A stretch of 21,924 bases of DNA, from assembly GCA_024626585.2 (NCBI GenBank), contig JANKJI020000001.1, forward strand, positions 17,325,184-17,347,107, in the 5' to 3' direction. Within the stretch, counting starts at the first letter, position 1. Every line of letters begins with the position of its first letter. This DNA comes from Ginkgo biloba. Its lineage: Eukaryota > Plantae > Ginkgophyta. A model generated the notes under the pieces. The model was not told the origin of the DNA, did no database searches, and saw only the letters and a program-made list of their open reading frames with translations. This document shows, one piece after another, positions 12,865-21,924 of the stretch. Both the position numbers and the translations under genes were made by a program.

Positions 12865-13090
12865 AAATATTTTCCCTCAAAGCTTTACAAAATTTGGATA
12901 CTATTGAAAGATTTCTTCTCCTTCCCATGTAGCATCTTCGGGTGGTACTCACTTTCACTTGATGAGGTACTCTGTGATGTCTCTATTGCAGAGATGTTTG
13001 GTAAATATTTTTAGGACTGCCTCTAGTTCTAATTGGAGTTTTCCTTTTTCGTCTAACTCTGGTAACTCCATTTGCATTGTCACATTCGGC
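12865..13090 (-). mobile_element. Ty3/gypsy (chromovirus) integrase C-terminal chromodomain fragment, pseudogenised and 5'-truncated
   Basis: Minus translation NVTMQMELPELDEKGKLQLELEAVLKIFTKHLCNRDITEYLIK*K*VPPEDATWEGEEIFQ*YPNFVKL*GKIFEGEG matches the plant chromovirus chromodomain (EYL.KW.G.P.EDATWE) running into the PPT. Confidence 0.9.
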
Positions 13091-15030
13091 AGTTAAAAGA
13101 TGACAAAATTTCATCCTGATACTAACGTCACTAGCAAATGATCTTGCGAGAGAATAACAGTCAGGGCATAATGATTATTCCATGAGAACCAGAGTGCTAG
13201 AATAACATGAATCATGAATCACTGCAAACCAAAATGCAGAATTATCTTCAGCCAGAGCTTAGCTGGGCTAGACACTACCGTCTAGCTTACCAAGCACAAT
13301 CTTGATAAACAAAGATAACATGCAGAAAAGTGAAAATGCTGGAGAGGAAAGTAGCTTGAATCCATGTTCCAAAAAGACTCAAACAGTAGTCTTGACGAAT
13401 CCATTCTCCTAAATTATTCTGTCTGCACGTCAAATTGGCACTCATAAAATTTTCTTGAGTTACCCTTGTGGATGCATGTCAATGATATAAAACTGTTATT
13501 TCTCCCAGTGAAAGTGCAAGAATGCTAATGCTAATCTGTCTGTAGCCTCTAATGCAAGAATTCTCTGGGGATCTATGCTAAACATGCAGTCTTTGTTCTC
13601 TTCTATCTTTCTATTTGGCTGCCTCATTGAGTGTTATACCACAGATGTTTGGCGGTCAAAATCAAGCTTGTCAAATAAAAGTTTGCAGAGGAACATATCC
13701 CAAAAGTTGCAGGCAGAAAAATCCCTTTGCAAAACTAACTTTTTGCATACTCGTACAACAAGATCACCCACAGTTACAAAAGTCAGGGTGTTGATCAGTA
13801 GGTAATTCAGAAATTTCAGAAACAAATAGGGCTGAGGGCTTAAGATAATTCTTAGAGTTAATAAAGAGACTGTCATACAGGTAGAAACACGAGAACAAAA
13901 CATGATTTTATCATTTACCAGTTATGCATTTGAGGTTAGGAGTCATATCCATAGCTGTGTAAGATAGAATCTTCTAAGCACAGAGCCCACTTCTAGGAAG
14001 ATCTTCCTGTAAGTATATTAAGATTGGAAGGCTGCATTGTTTTCTATGTGCCAACAAATTGTATCCCATGATTTGCTCCTAAATTATATGCAGTCCAAAA
14101 TCTACTCATCTTTGACATGCTTCCTTGATTCTTAATCATCTGGCTTAAGTGTCGTCCATTCATGTCTTTTTTGTTTCTAGGTCGAGTAATAAGAGTTTTG
14201 GTGACATCACATCGGAAAAGGTTATAGAATTGGGTTTGGGGTCATTCTTTTGGATGCCAAAAAAAAATCTATAAAATGATTGCAAATTGATGTGCCATCG
14301 TCCTTTTTCTATGTGCGGAAGCATGTAGGTGAGCAGTACTCAAGGGTCGCCTCTAATCCAATCTATCCACAAAAGATGATGTTGCAGCTAGTTAAGTCTG
14401 TAATTGGTCATACAGTACTGTGTACGGACACTCAGACTTCCATAAAATTTGGCTTTTGGTCCTCTCTGTCATGCGCCATGCCTTTCCCTAAGTGCGCCGA
14501 GCCTTTTCCTATCCACCGCTGCCGGTTTTCCCTGCGGTGCCACAGTTTTTTTGCAATAGATGACACCCGAGAAGAGAATCTTTCAAACGCTTGGTCGGGA
14601 CACGTGGCTGCACGCAGTGTACCTGCAGATAAACAGAGAATCTGGAAGGCAAATATGCACAGAATATACGATATATTTTATTATCTCTCTTGTATATCCA
14701 AGAGATGAATCTATAAAGTAGTTTTTATGCACAAGTGTGTATGTAGTGTGTATACATTCATGAATGAATCTCTCATGACCTTTACCTGCTTATATAGCTT
14801 AGGCTAGGTCCAAAAAGCATCTCTACCCAAATATATCTGTGCCATGCATGGTTTCCACAAGTAGGACTTGTTATCCATGCAAAGGAGTCCTCTTGTATGC
14901 ATGGGCATGTTTCTAATCTACGAGAAAATCTGATATAGTAAAATCCCCTGATTTAAGCTCAGATAAATAAGAAGAGTATATGTGCACACTTTTCCCCTCT
15001 TACAGATCAAGGCCATGTGACCTCTAAAGG
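13090..15030 (-). ncRNA. Candidate spliced minus-strand transcript (lncRNA or pseudogene), 6-7 exons, no continuous ORF
   Basis: Minus-strand GT-AG intron candidates: 15003-14918 (GTAAGA..TTTTCTCGTAG, 86 nt), 14785-14623 (GTAAAG..TTTATCTGCAG), 13918-13832 (GTAAAT..CCCTCAG, 87 nt), 13639-13423 (GTATAA..GTGCAG) and 13290-13222 (GTAAGC..TTTGGTTTGCAG, 69 nt), plus an acceptor TACTTACAG ending at 14007. Prediction by eye only. Confidence 0.3.
14599..14608. promoter_or_regulatory. G-box/ABRE-type motif GACACGTGGC inside a local CpG-rich patch
   Basis: Matches the ACGTGGC ABRE core, with CACGTG at 14601-14606. Function is unproven. Confidence 0.25.
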
Positions 15031-15297
15031 GTGTGAAGCCTATGGTATACTGCTTAGTGTGCATGTGTGCACACTTGACGGCACATCATGAACAATAGCT
15101 TGTAATAATCTCAATTTTTTTCTTGATTTTCGTAGTTTTCTCTAAAGATTGTGTCAATAATTGTAAGTGTGTTCAAAGAAAATATTATACTTGAATCTGA
15201 AACCACTACCAAAATATGACTTCCTTGGTTAAATCTATCCGTAACCAGGGCTGAGGTAGAGATACTGATCTTGAATTCTTTTGGTTTTGTATTTAAG

Positions 15298-15397
15298 TGC
15301 AACGGCACCAAATTTGGAAACTATGCTACTTGGAAGATTGATAGTTGGAGTAGGAGTGGGAGTGGCTGGACCTGTGACAGCACTATATGTAACTGAG
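15298..15397 (+). CDS. Sugar transporter exon: (S)ATAPNLETMLLGRLIVGVGVGVAGPVTALYVTE
   Basis: Acceptor ttttgtatttaag, donor GAG|gtatgg. 100 nt, starts with the last base of a split codon and ends in phase 0. Confidence 0.92.
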
Positions 15398-18300
15398 GTA
15401 TGGGTTGATTTGAAAGTATCTTTCTTTTTGTTTCTATATTGCATTGCAGGATTTGTCAGCAAAGAAAGTGTCCTTAGCTCTATGTTTCTTTCTTCTTATG
15501 TGCTTTCCTGAATTTCCATCTCTCATTCTTTAAGCTTCTTCGGTCTTTTACAAGCAGATTTCACCAGCCTATGTGAGAGGAACATATGGAAGCCTTTGCC
15601 AAATTGCAACATGTTTAGGAATCCTAGGAGCTTTGTTTATTGGGATCCCTGCAAAGAGTATTGAAGGATGGTAAGCTTCATGTAGCNNNNNNNNNNNNNN
15701 NNNNNNNNNNNNNNNNNNNNNNNNNNNNNNNNNNNNNNNNNNNNNNNNNNNNNNNNNNNNNNNNNNNNNNNNNNNNNNNNNNNNNNTAGTTCTGTAGGCT
15801 TTTGCTTTGCAAAATTGTGCTTGCAGCTCTTAAAAGCTAGTTCGCATTTTGTGCCTGCATCAATGTCATTTTTGAATTTGTTTTTCTGTTTTGATGACAT
15901 TTTAGTATATTCAAGTGTCTTGATGGATTACAGTGGTTGATAGTTAGATATTTCCTGATGAGATTTATATGTGGACCAACATGGGGAATGCCGATGCTCT
16001 TCACCACTTGGGCCTTGGGGAAATTTCTTGGTTATTTACAGGCATCGATGTCATTTTTGATTTTTTTTGCTTTTTTTCTGTTTCGATGACATTTTAGTAT
16101 ATTCAAGTGTTTTGATGGATTACAGTGGTTGATGGTAGATATTTCCTGATGAGATTTATATGTGGACCAACATGGTGAATGCCAGTGCTCTTCACCACTT
16201 GGGTCTTGGGGATATTTCTTGGTTATTTACAGCTGCATGATGTTTTCCATTGCATACACTGGACACGCTGGATCAACATCCATACATTGAGGCGAAAGCT
16301 TAATGTTAAATACTTGAACAGGTCCTTGAGTACAGTTTTCAATCATATCTGTGCATAGAAACATGGTTATATTGTTTCTAGGGCAGAAACATGTTAGGGA
16401 AAATATGAACAAGCTCATTGTGTCACTCTGTACAAAACCAGAAATGTGTGGTGGCAAGTTCCTGCCCTTTACCATTGAGCAAACCAAAGGAGCATAAGCT
16501 TGTAAAGTATGAAGTTTAAGGTTTAAGATCCTAAGCTTAGCCCAAGTTGTGAAGGGCTTTTATCATATTGGCAAATGTTTAAATCTTTTTGGGAAATGTT
16601 TTGGGCTCACAAGCCCCATGCTTATAAACAAATTATAATCTCTATGTTAGTTTCAAGGTAATGTTTTCTCTTAGGAGTGTGCAAGTGCCCTTGAAGTGCT
16701 CATGAGTCATACCTTCTGTGGGCTTTCAGCTAGTCCTGTAAAATACGTTCTGGAAGAGTTTCCTGTGTTGTAGCTTCCCAAGGAATCACAGAACCTCTTT
16801 TCCCATACTATTGGGCTCTATTACCTGCATGTTCCACATTTTTGACAAGATAGGTGTTTCTTTTCCAATTATCACAATTTGCGATTTTTTGGATACATCT
16901 TTTGTTTCTCTTGGAAGTGTCACAAGTTGTGATTGTCTGCAATATTTTTTAATTTATTTCTTCATCAACTGAATACTTATGAATCCCTGTTTTTGTTCTT
17001 TTTCTTGTAATAGCAATCAAGATGGTCTGAAGCTGAATGTGAATTTGAGAGGCTTTGGGGAGGAGCAAATGTCAAGTTTGCTATGGCCGAAATATCACGT
17101 TCAGAGAAGGGGGAGGAAACAGAAAACATTAACTTTATGGATCTGCTCAACAAGCGTCACTGGAAAGGTATGGAATGTTGATGACTGATTGTATTAATAG
17201 TTTGATCGTTGGATGTTAATAATGGCATAGTGGGTCTCTATTTTTACTGCTAATCTGCAGCAATCTTGAACCTATTCTTAATAAGGTCTGCACGGCAATC
17301 CAGAAAAGTTGAGATGCCATTGGAGGTGTGCATGTTGTTTTTCTAGAAGAAATCTTGCAATGGGAACCTATTATTCCAATTGGATTGCTTGTCAACAACA
17401 TTTGTCCTCAACATGTCCTTCATTATTTAGATCACCCAGTCTGTTTGGTCATATTGTTGAAATCTAGTTTAGTGCTGAACTTGTGAAAGAGCTCTTTCTA
17501 GAACAAACTTACAAAGGTTGGATCTTTATCACTTGCTATTATGTTAGGCAATCCAAATTCTCAAAATATTTTAGCAGTGTCAACACTTTTATGTGTAATT
17601 TTACAAGGTATAAAACAAGTCATTTAGTCAAGTGATTCACTATTAGAACAAATTGTCAATGTCAGTTCAATGGAAAGATGGGAATTGGAGAANNNNNNNN
17701 NNNNNNNNNNNNNNNNNNNNNNNNNNNNNNNNNNNNNNNNNNNNNNNNNNNNNNNNNNNNNNNNNNNNNNNNNNNNNNNNNNNNNNNNNNNNNNNNNNNN
17801 NNNNNNNNNNNNNNNNNNNNNNNNNNNNNNNNNNNNNNNNNNNNNNNNNNNNNNNNNNNNNNNNNNNNNNNNNNNNNNNNNNNNNNNNNNNNNNNNNNNN
17901 NNNNNNNNNNNNNNNNNNNNNNNNNNNNNNNNNNNNNNNNNNNNNNNNNNNNNNNNNNNNNNNNNNNNNNNNNNNNNNNNNNNNNNNNNNNNNNNNNNNN
18001 NNNNNNNNNNNNNNNNNNNNNNNNNNNNNNNNNNNNNNNNNNNNNNNNNNNNNNNNNNNNNNNNNNNNNNNNNNNNNNNNNNNNNNNNNNNNNNNNNNNN
18101 NNNNNNNNNNNNNNNNNNNNNNNNNNNNNNNNNNNNNNNNNNNNNNNNNNNNNNNNNNNNNNNNNNNNNNNNNNNNNNNNNNNNNNNNNNNNNNNNNNNN
18201 NNNNNNNNNNNNNNNNNNNNNNNNACATAAATCTTCTCTCTATGTTATAACATAGTTCTGTACACTGTCTTCTTTCTATGTTGTAATAATTTTGTTCCTA

Positions 18301-19716
18301 TAACAATGAATGGGTTGTTATTGACCTTCTAAAATTACTAGTGTCTCCATTGCTGTAATTGTTTAAGAGAACCTGATTTCCACTTTGAGTTTATCTGAAT
18401 CCTCCCATTGGGTTAGGATCTGTATCTTTAGTTGTACTTGCCTGAACTTCCATTTTGCACCAATGTTTTACCTTAGAAGTGGATNNNNNNNNNNAACCTG
18501 TTGTAGGATAGGAAGGCTTTCAGGGTGCATTCTGTTCAGACAGTATTAAATAGAACTCTTGAACAGAAGATCTCTCTCTTTCTCTCTTGCTCACTCATCC
18601 CCCAACACGCATAGGGAAAAGTTGAACATAGTGTCAATATTGAACTGGAGAAGTAGTATTCTTTTAAATTTCAGAAAGTGAGAAGGTAATTTTCAGCAAG
18701 CAATGAGGTGACAGATTAGGCTTTTAGAAACTTACAGAGGTAATTGAAAAATGAGAGAGGAAGAGAGGTTTAGAATGTAAATTTGAAGTTCATCTATTGC
18801 TTGATGATTCATCACAATAGGTGCTGAATCCATACAAATAGATGAGAGTCTAGAATTCCAAACTTGGCAATCTGTATGTTTCCGCTAATCACCTTTGTAG
18901 AGACTTTGGAATACATTTATCAATGGTATTCACACTCATATACCTCATCTAAAAGACAAGGTTGAAATCCATCCCTACTAAATAATACAAATATATGGTG
19001 CTAAAATATTATTTGAAATTGTTATCATTTAATGCTATTTAGTGAGATCTTCATCTAAAGACTATTTCAAAGAAATTGCTTTTCTTCTTTCACCTGTCTT
19101 CTTTTGATAATTTGATGAATGAAATGTAGCTTTGATTTTTTCTGGTTGGAGTTAGATCGAGTATTTTACTAAATGTTTATAACACTGTTTTTTTTTGTTG
19201 CAGTCGTGTCTGTTGGAGCAATGCTGTTTGTGTTACAGNNNNNNNNNNNNNNNNNNNNNNNNNNNNNNNNNNNNNNNNNNNNNNTGCTCTGATTGTTGGC
19301 TTGAGTGGATTGCCACTAGGTAATGTCTGTGTGGGAATTGCAAACTTGTCAGGTACATCTGAGAGAGTCAGAAGCATTTCTTCTTCTGTTCAGTTACTCT
19401 TTTTATAGATTGACATTGATCTCACCTTTGTTCTTGGTATTCAGCTTCTATAATGGCAGCCTTTTTGATGGATAAACTGGGACGCAAAAGCCTCTTATTA
19501 TGGAGTTTTTTTGGCATGGTAAGAATTAAGAAGTCATTTTAGGGGAATGTTTGTTTTGCTTGATAAATGTGTGTCCTCTTTAATTGATGACACTGGGAGA
19601 TTAACATGTTTTGTAACTGTAAAATAGGCTGTGGCAATGGCGATACAAGCAACTGCAGCAAGTCTGCCTGGTGACGTCTTTGGGCGTGTTTTTTGTTCTG
19701 TTGGAGGAACACTGTT
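15298..19716 (+). CDS. MFS sugar-porter gene, plant pGlcT/SGB1 subfamily (probable plastidic glucose transporter 2/3-like); partial, spliced
   Basis: Six GT-AG exons with compatible phases where adjacent exons are visible. The peptide carries the sugar-porter motifs GRLIVGVGVG..ALYVTEISPAYVRGTYGSLCQ and MDKLGRK. From recall it closely resembles Arabidopsis At1g67300/At1g79820 (SGB1). The 5' exons, one internal exon and the 3' exons are not visible. Confidence 0.92.
15558..15670 (+). CDS. Sugar transporter exon: ISPAYVRGTYGSLCQIATCLGILGALFIGIPAKSIEG(W)
   Basis: Acceptor ttttacaagcag, donor TG|gtaagc. 113 nt, in frame with the previous exon. Confidence 0.95.
15857..16232. repeat. Intronic tandem duplication, two ~185-191-bp units
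   Basis: Unit 1 is 15857-16041 and unit 2 is 16042-16232. Both run gcatc(a/g)atgtcatttttga...gatgacattttagtatattcaagtgt...gatatttcctgatgagatttatatgtggaccaacatgg...ttcttggttatttacag, with a few substitutions and indels. Confidence 0.95.
17014..17167 (+). CDS. Sugar transporter exon (central cytoplasmic loop): QSRWSEAECEFERLWGGANVKFAMAEISRSEKGEETENINFMDLLNKRHWK
   Basis: Acceptor tttttcttgtaatag, donor AAAG|gtatgg. 154 nt, phase 0 to phase 1. Matches the family EAE.EFERL.GG..VK.AMAE loop. Confidence 0.93.
19204..19352 (+). CDS. Sugar transporter exon (gap inside): (V)VSVGAMLFVLQ[gap]...LGNVCVGIANLS
   Basis: Acceptor ttttttgttgcag, donor TCAG|gtacat. The N run 19239-19284 hides the expected QLSGINAVFYFS motif. 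The frames on either side of the gap do not match at the stated gap length. Confidence 0.8.
19445..19518 (+). CDS. Sugar transporter exon: (A)SIMAAFLMDKLGRKSLLLWSFFGM
   Basis: Acceptor ttggtattcag, donor ATG|gtaaga. 74 nt. Carries the D-K-x-G-R-K MFS loop motif. Confidence 0.95.
19628..19716 (+). CDS. Sugar transporter exon: AVAMAIQATAASLPGDVFGRVFCSVGGTL
   Basis: Acceptor tgtaaaatag, donor TT|gtaagt. 89 nt, phase 0 to phase 2. Matches the family SVGG(T/M)L segment. Confidence 0.93.
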
Positions 19717-20021
19717 GTAAGTACAGAAGCCATTAGAAGTTTCTCTCGTTAATATTGAGTTCCGTACTTTTTATTTTCAATGTTTGATTAGTTCAACAAT
19801 GAGTGCCAACTTGATAGGCGTTGTTCAAACTTTGTAGTCTGTGGAATCTCAAGGCAATGAAACCCACAAAGAACATCTAGAAGTGCTAAATATAGTTGGT
19901 CCAGTGAAATATCTCCAATCTCACCATGATTAAGGAAACTTTGCATTATCAAATAAGATTGTATCATATTAGTGGCTTCAAATGATTCTTACTGTTGTCC
20001 TCAGAAGCATGTCTGCACCAA

Positions 20022-20234
20022 AACATGTTATTTTATGTTTTTCTATAAGTTTCTAAAATCTATCTCAATGGGAAACCCCACAGAATGTGTATGAAAATCT
20101 TCTTAATTTAATCTATTACATCAGGAACATGTTATTTGATGAAATTCTGTCTAGAAGTGTAAAAAATCATCTCAATAAGAAATCCCATAGAATGTGTATG
20201 GAATTTTTCTTAATTTAATTTACTATGTCAGGAA
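20022..20234. repeat. Diverged tandem duplication, two ~104-bp units
   Basis: The pattern aacatgttattt...atctcaat..gaaa.ccca.agaatgtgtatg.aa...ttcttaatttaat.ta.ta..tcaggaa starts at 20022 and again at 20126. Confidence 0.85.
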
Positions 20235-20739
20235 ACAACCAAGCCATACTTATATAACTTTCAAGATAAACTTTGCTTGAAGAACTTCCCTTTTAATTAT
20301 TGTGATTTTCTCTTTATTTTCACAAGCATTTCTGCTACCTCCTCCTTCTCGTTACTACCTTTAATATTAATCATAGATGATTACTCACTTGTCAATACCA
20401 ATTATGTCCACTCTTAGGGACAAGGATGATGTAAAAATAAGCATATTTTTGGAGAAATAGACCATCTATATATGTAGAGATAAGATTTCATATCATCAAT
20501 TATTTTACTATCCATATGCTATAGATATTATTTAATAACCATAATTAGGGGGAAGTTATAATTTATAATGGCTCACAAAGAGCCTAGAATAATTTTAACT
20601 AAGATATAGAATACACTTGGAGAAACATTCCTAAATATTATCATTCACCTCGTATCAGTTCTATAAAAGAATTGCTTCACACCTTCTACTCAAATCACTA
20701 ATATAGAAATCACATCTTCAAATGTAGGGTTGGTTCTTA

Positions 20740-21700
20740 ATTATAGGGATTCAATACATTCATGGCCTTAAGATAGTTAGAAATATGCCCTCTATAACTA
20801 TCCATATGAGTTTATTTATGAAATTTATTCCTTATTTATAAAAGTGATAGTGCATTGCTAGTCATGGAAAAATATTCCATGAGGGATAAAGCCCAAAGAA
20901 TAGATAAAATAGGAATTCAAATAATGCTTTCCAATAATTGATCAATACGATCTCATAAAGGTCTTGTTACATGAAAAAATTCCAAGACAAATTGTATATT
21001 CAAACCTATGGTTTCTAAGTGAACCATCACATCCTAACTTCATCACTTTAAAATGTAGAAAAAAAAAAAACTTATCAACATTGTCCAAGAGTCAAAGTGA
21101 TGCAAGTTGAAACATATGATAAACCACCCTCTATGATATGGAATCCCATCCAAGTGCCAATAATATCAAATATCATTTTGGAAATGGGATGATGATATTT
21201 GACCACTAGTGACACTTATGGATCATTTTCACATCCTTTTTGAACTATAAACAAATATCCTCTTTGTAGATATTTATAAATACACGTCTATGGGATAACT
21301 CATCTTAAACCAACACATGATTAAATAATTATAAGCATATAATTATTTCCTTTATAACAAAATTTATGTAAAATAAAATAAATTACCATGAACATGATCT
21401 TCAAAAATGGGATATGAAACTGATTGCGATTATCCATAGAGGCCTATTTCTAGAATGAGAACTATATTCATATGTAAATAGGTTTGTAAATACCAAAACA
21501 TAAATAACTTTATCTAATAACATTGACCAAATTCATGTTGGAATGAGTATTAATACTACTTAGACATTATAATTATAAATTGGCATGGCCCTTAAACACA
21601 ATACACTTAAATATATACACAAAAATTATAAAATACTAAGGTAAAATCATATAATCTTGGGCATAAATTTTCTCCTCATAGTGATATCCTAAGGCTCTAA
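20740..21700 (+). mobile_element. Heavily decayed Ty3/gypsy pol (RT-RNase H) remnant in the transporter intron
   Basis: Fragmentary collinear motifs KHIIISFITKFM*NKINYHEHD and DMKLIAIIH...E*ELYSYVNRFV (~21330-21490) resemble gypsy RNase H (HPIAF.SRKL...E.NY..HD.EL.AI.HA...WR.YL). Weaker RT-like traces lie upstream. Very AT-rich with many stops. Confidence 0.4.
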
Positions 21701-21924
21701 TCCTCTAAGATGCTAAAAAATATCTCAATCCTCTCGAATAATAGCCAAAAATCCATATAGATATCTCTTCTAATATTTTATCCAAAATACTTTAAAAAAT
21801 TCCCTTAAAATATGTCCTTCTCTCATAGTTATGCAAGTTATAATAGATTCCTAGAAAATTCTAGAAACTCTCACAATATTTCTATATATTGTAGATAGAG
21901 ATATCTAACAACAATTCAAATTAA

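Noticed and set aside
13575-13625. SSIFLFG resembling the transporter TM1 motif SSFLFGYHLG
   Set aside because: The flanking residues do not continue the match; it is T/C-rich sequence matching by chance.
13995-14008. Perfect 14-bp palindrome aggaagatcttcct
   Set aside because: Short enough to arise by chance in 22 kb, with no supporting context.
13645-14220. Possible + strand exons 13645-13801 and 14181-14220, joining in frame into an S/T/K/R-rich, transit-peptide-like peptide (DVWRSKSSLSNK...VLISRSSNKSFGDITSEK)
   Set aside because: They end in phase 0 and cannot join the phase-2 exon at 15298, and the required transmembrane exons are not in between. They also overlap the better-formed minus-strand splice chain. 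Not excluded without RNA data.
14280-14708. 142-aa + strand ORF
   Set aside because: Non-ATG start, no recognisable domain, and probably open because of locally higher GC.
15890-15962. TGATGA...CTGA spacing suggestive of a C/D box snoRNA in the duplicated intron unit
   Set aside because: No terminal stem, box C is altered in the second copy, and I recognise no rRNA-complementary guide.
17653-18255. Four overlapping ~190-200 aa ORFs
   Set aside because: Almost entirely X, produced by gap 17693-18225.

Overview
AT-rich, gap-riddled eukaryotic genomic DNA with 16 N runs, several exactly 100 N. It is inferred to come from a land plant with a large, repeat-rich genome. Left half (1-13.1 kb) is decayed transposable-element debris: a Ty1/copia integrase C-terminal fragment (-), an L1-type LINE with ORF1 and the start of the ORF2 endonuclease (+), and the 3' end of a chromodomain-bearing Ty3/gypsy element with PPT and LTR (-). 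Right half carries six visible + strand exons (15298-19716) of an MFS sugar-porter gene of the plant pGlcT/SGB1 ('probable plastidic glucose transporter') subfamily. Its 5' exons, one internal exon and its 3' exons are not visible, and the last intron holds probable decayed gypsy pol. Items worth a second look: a chain of canonical minus-strand short introns at 13.2-15.0 kb with no continuous ORF (candidate antisense spliced lncRNA or pseudogene); a 116-nt hairpin at 5661-5776 whose mismatches are mostly G-U pairs on the minus strand (pre-miRNA-like); and the missing N-terminal transporter exons. I see no clear evidence of a wholly new biological system.
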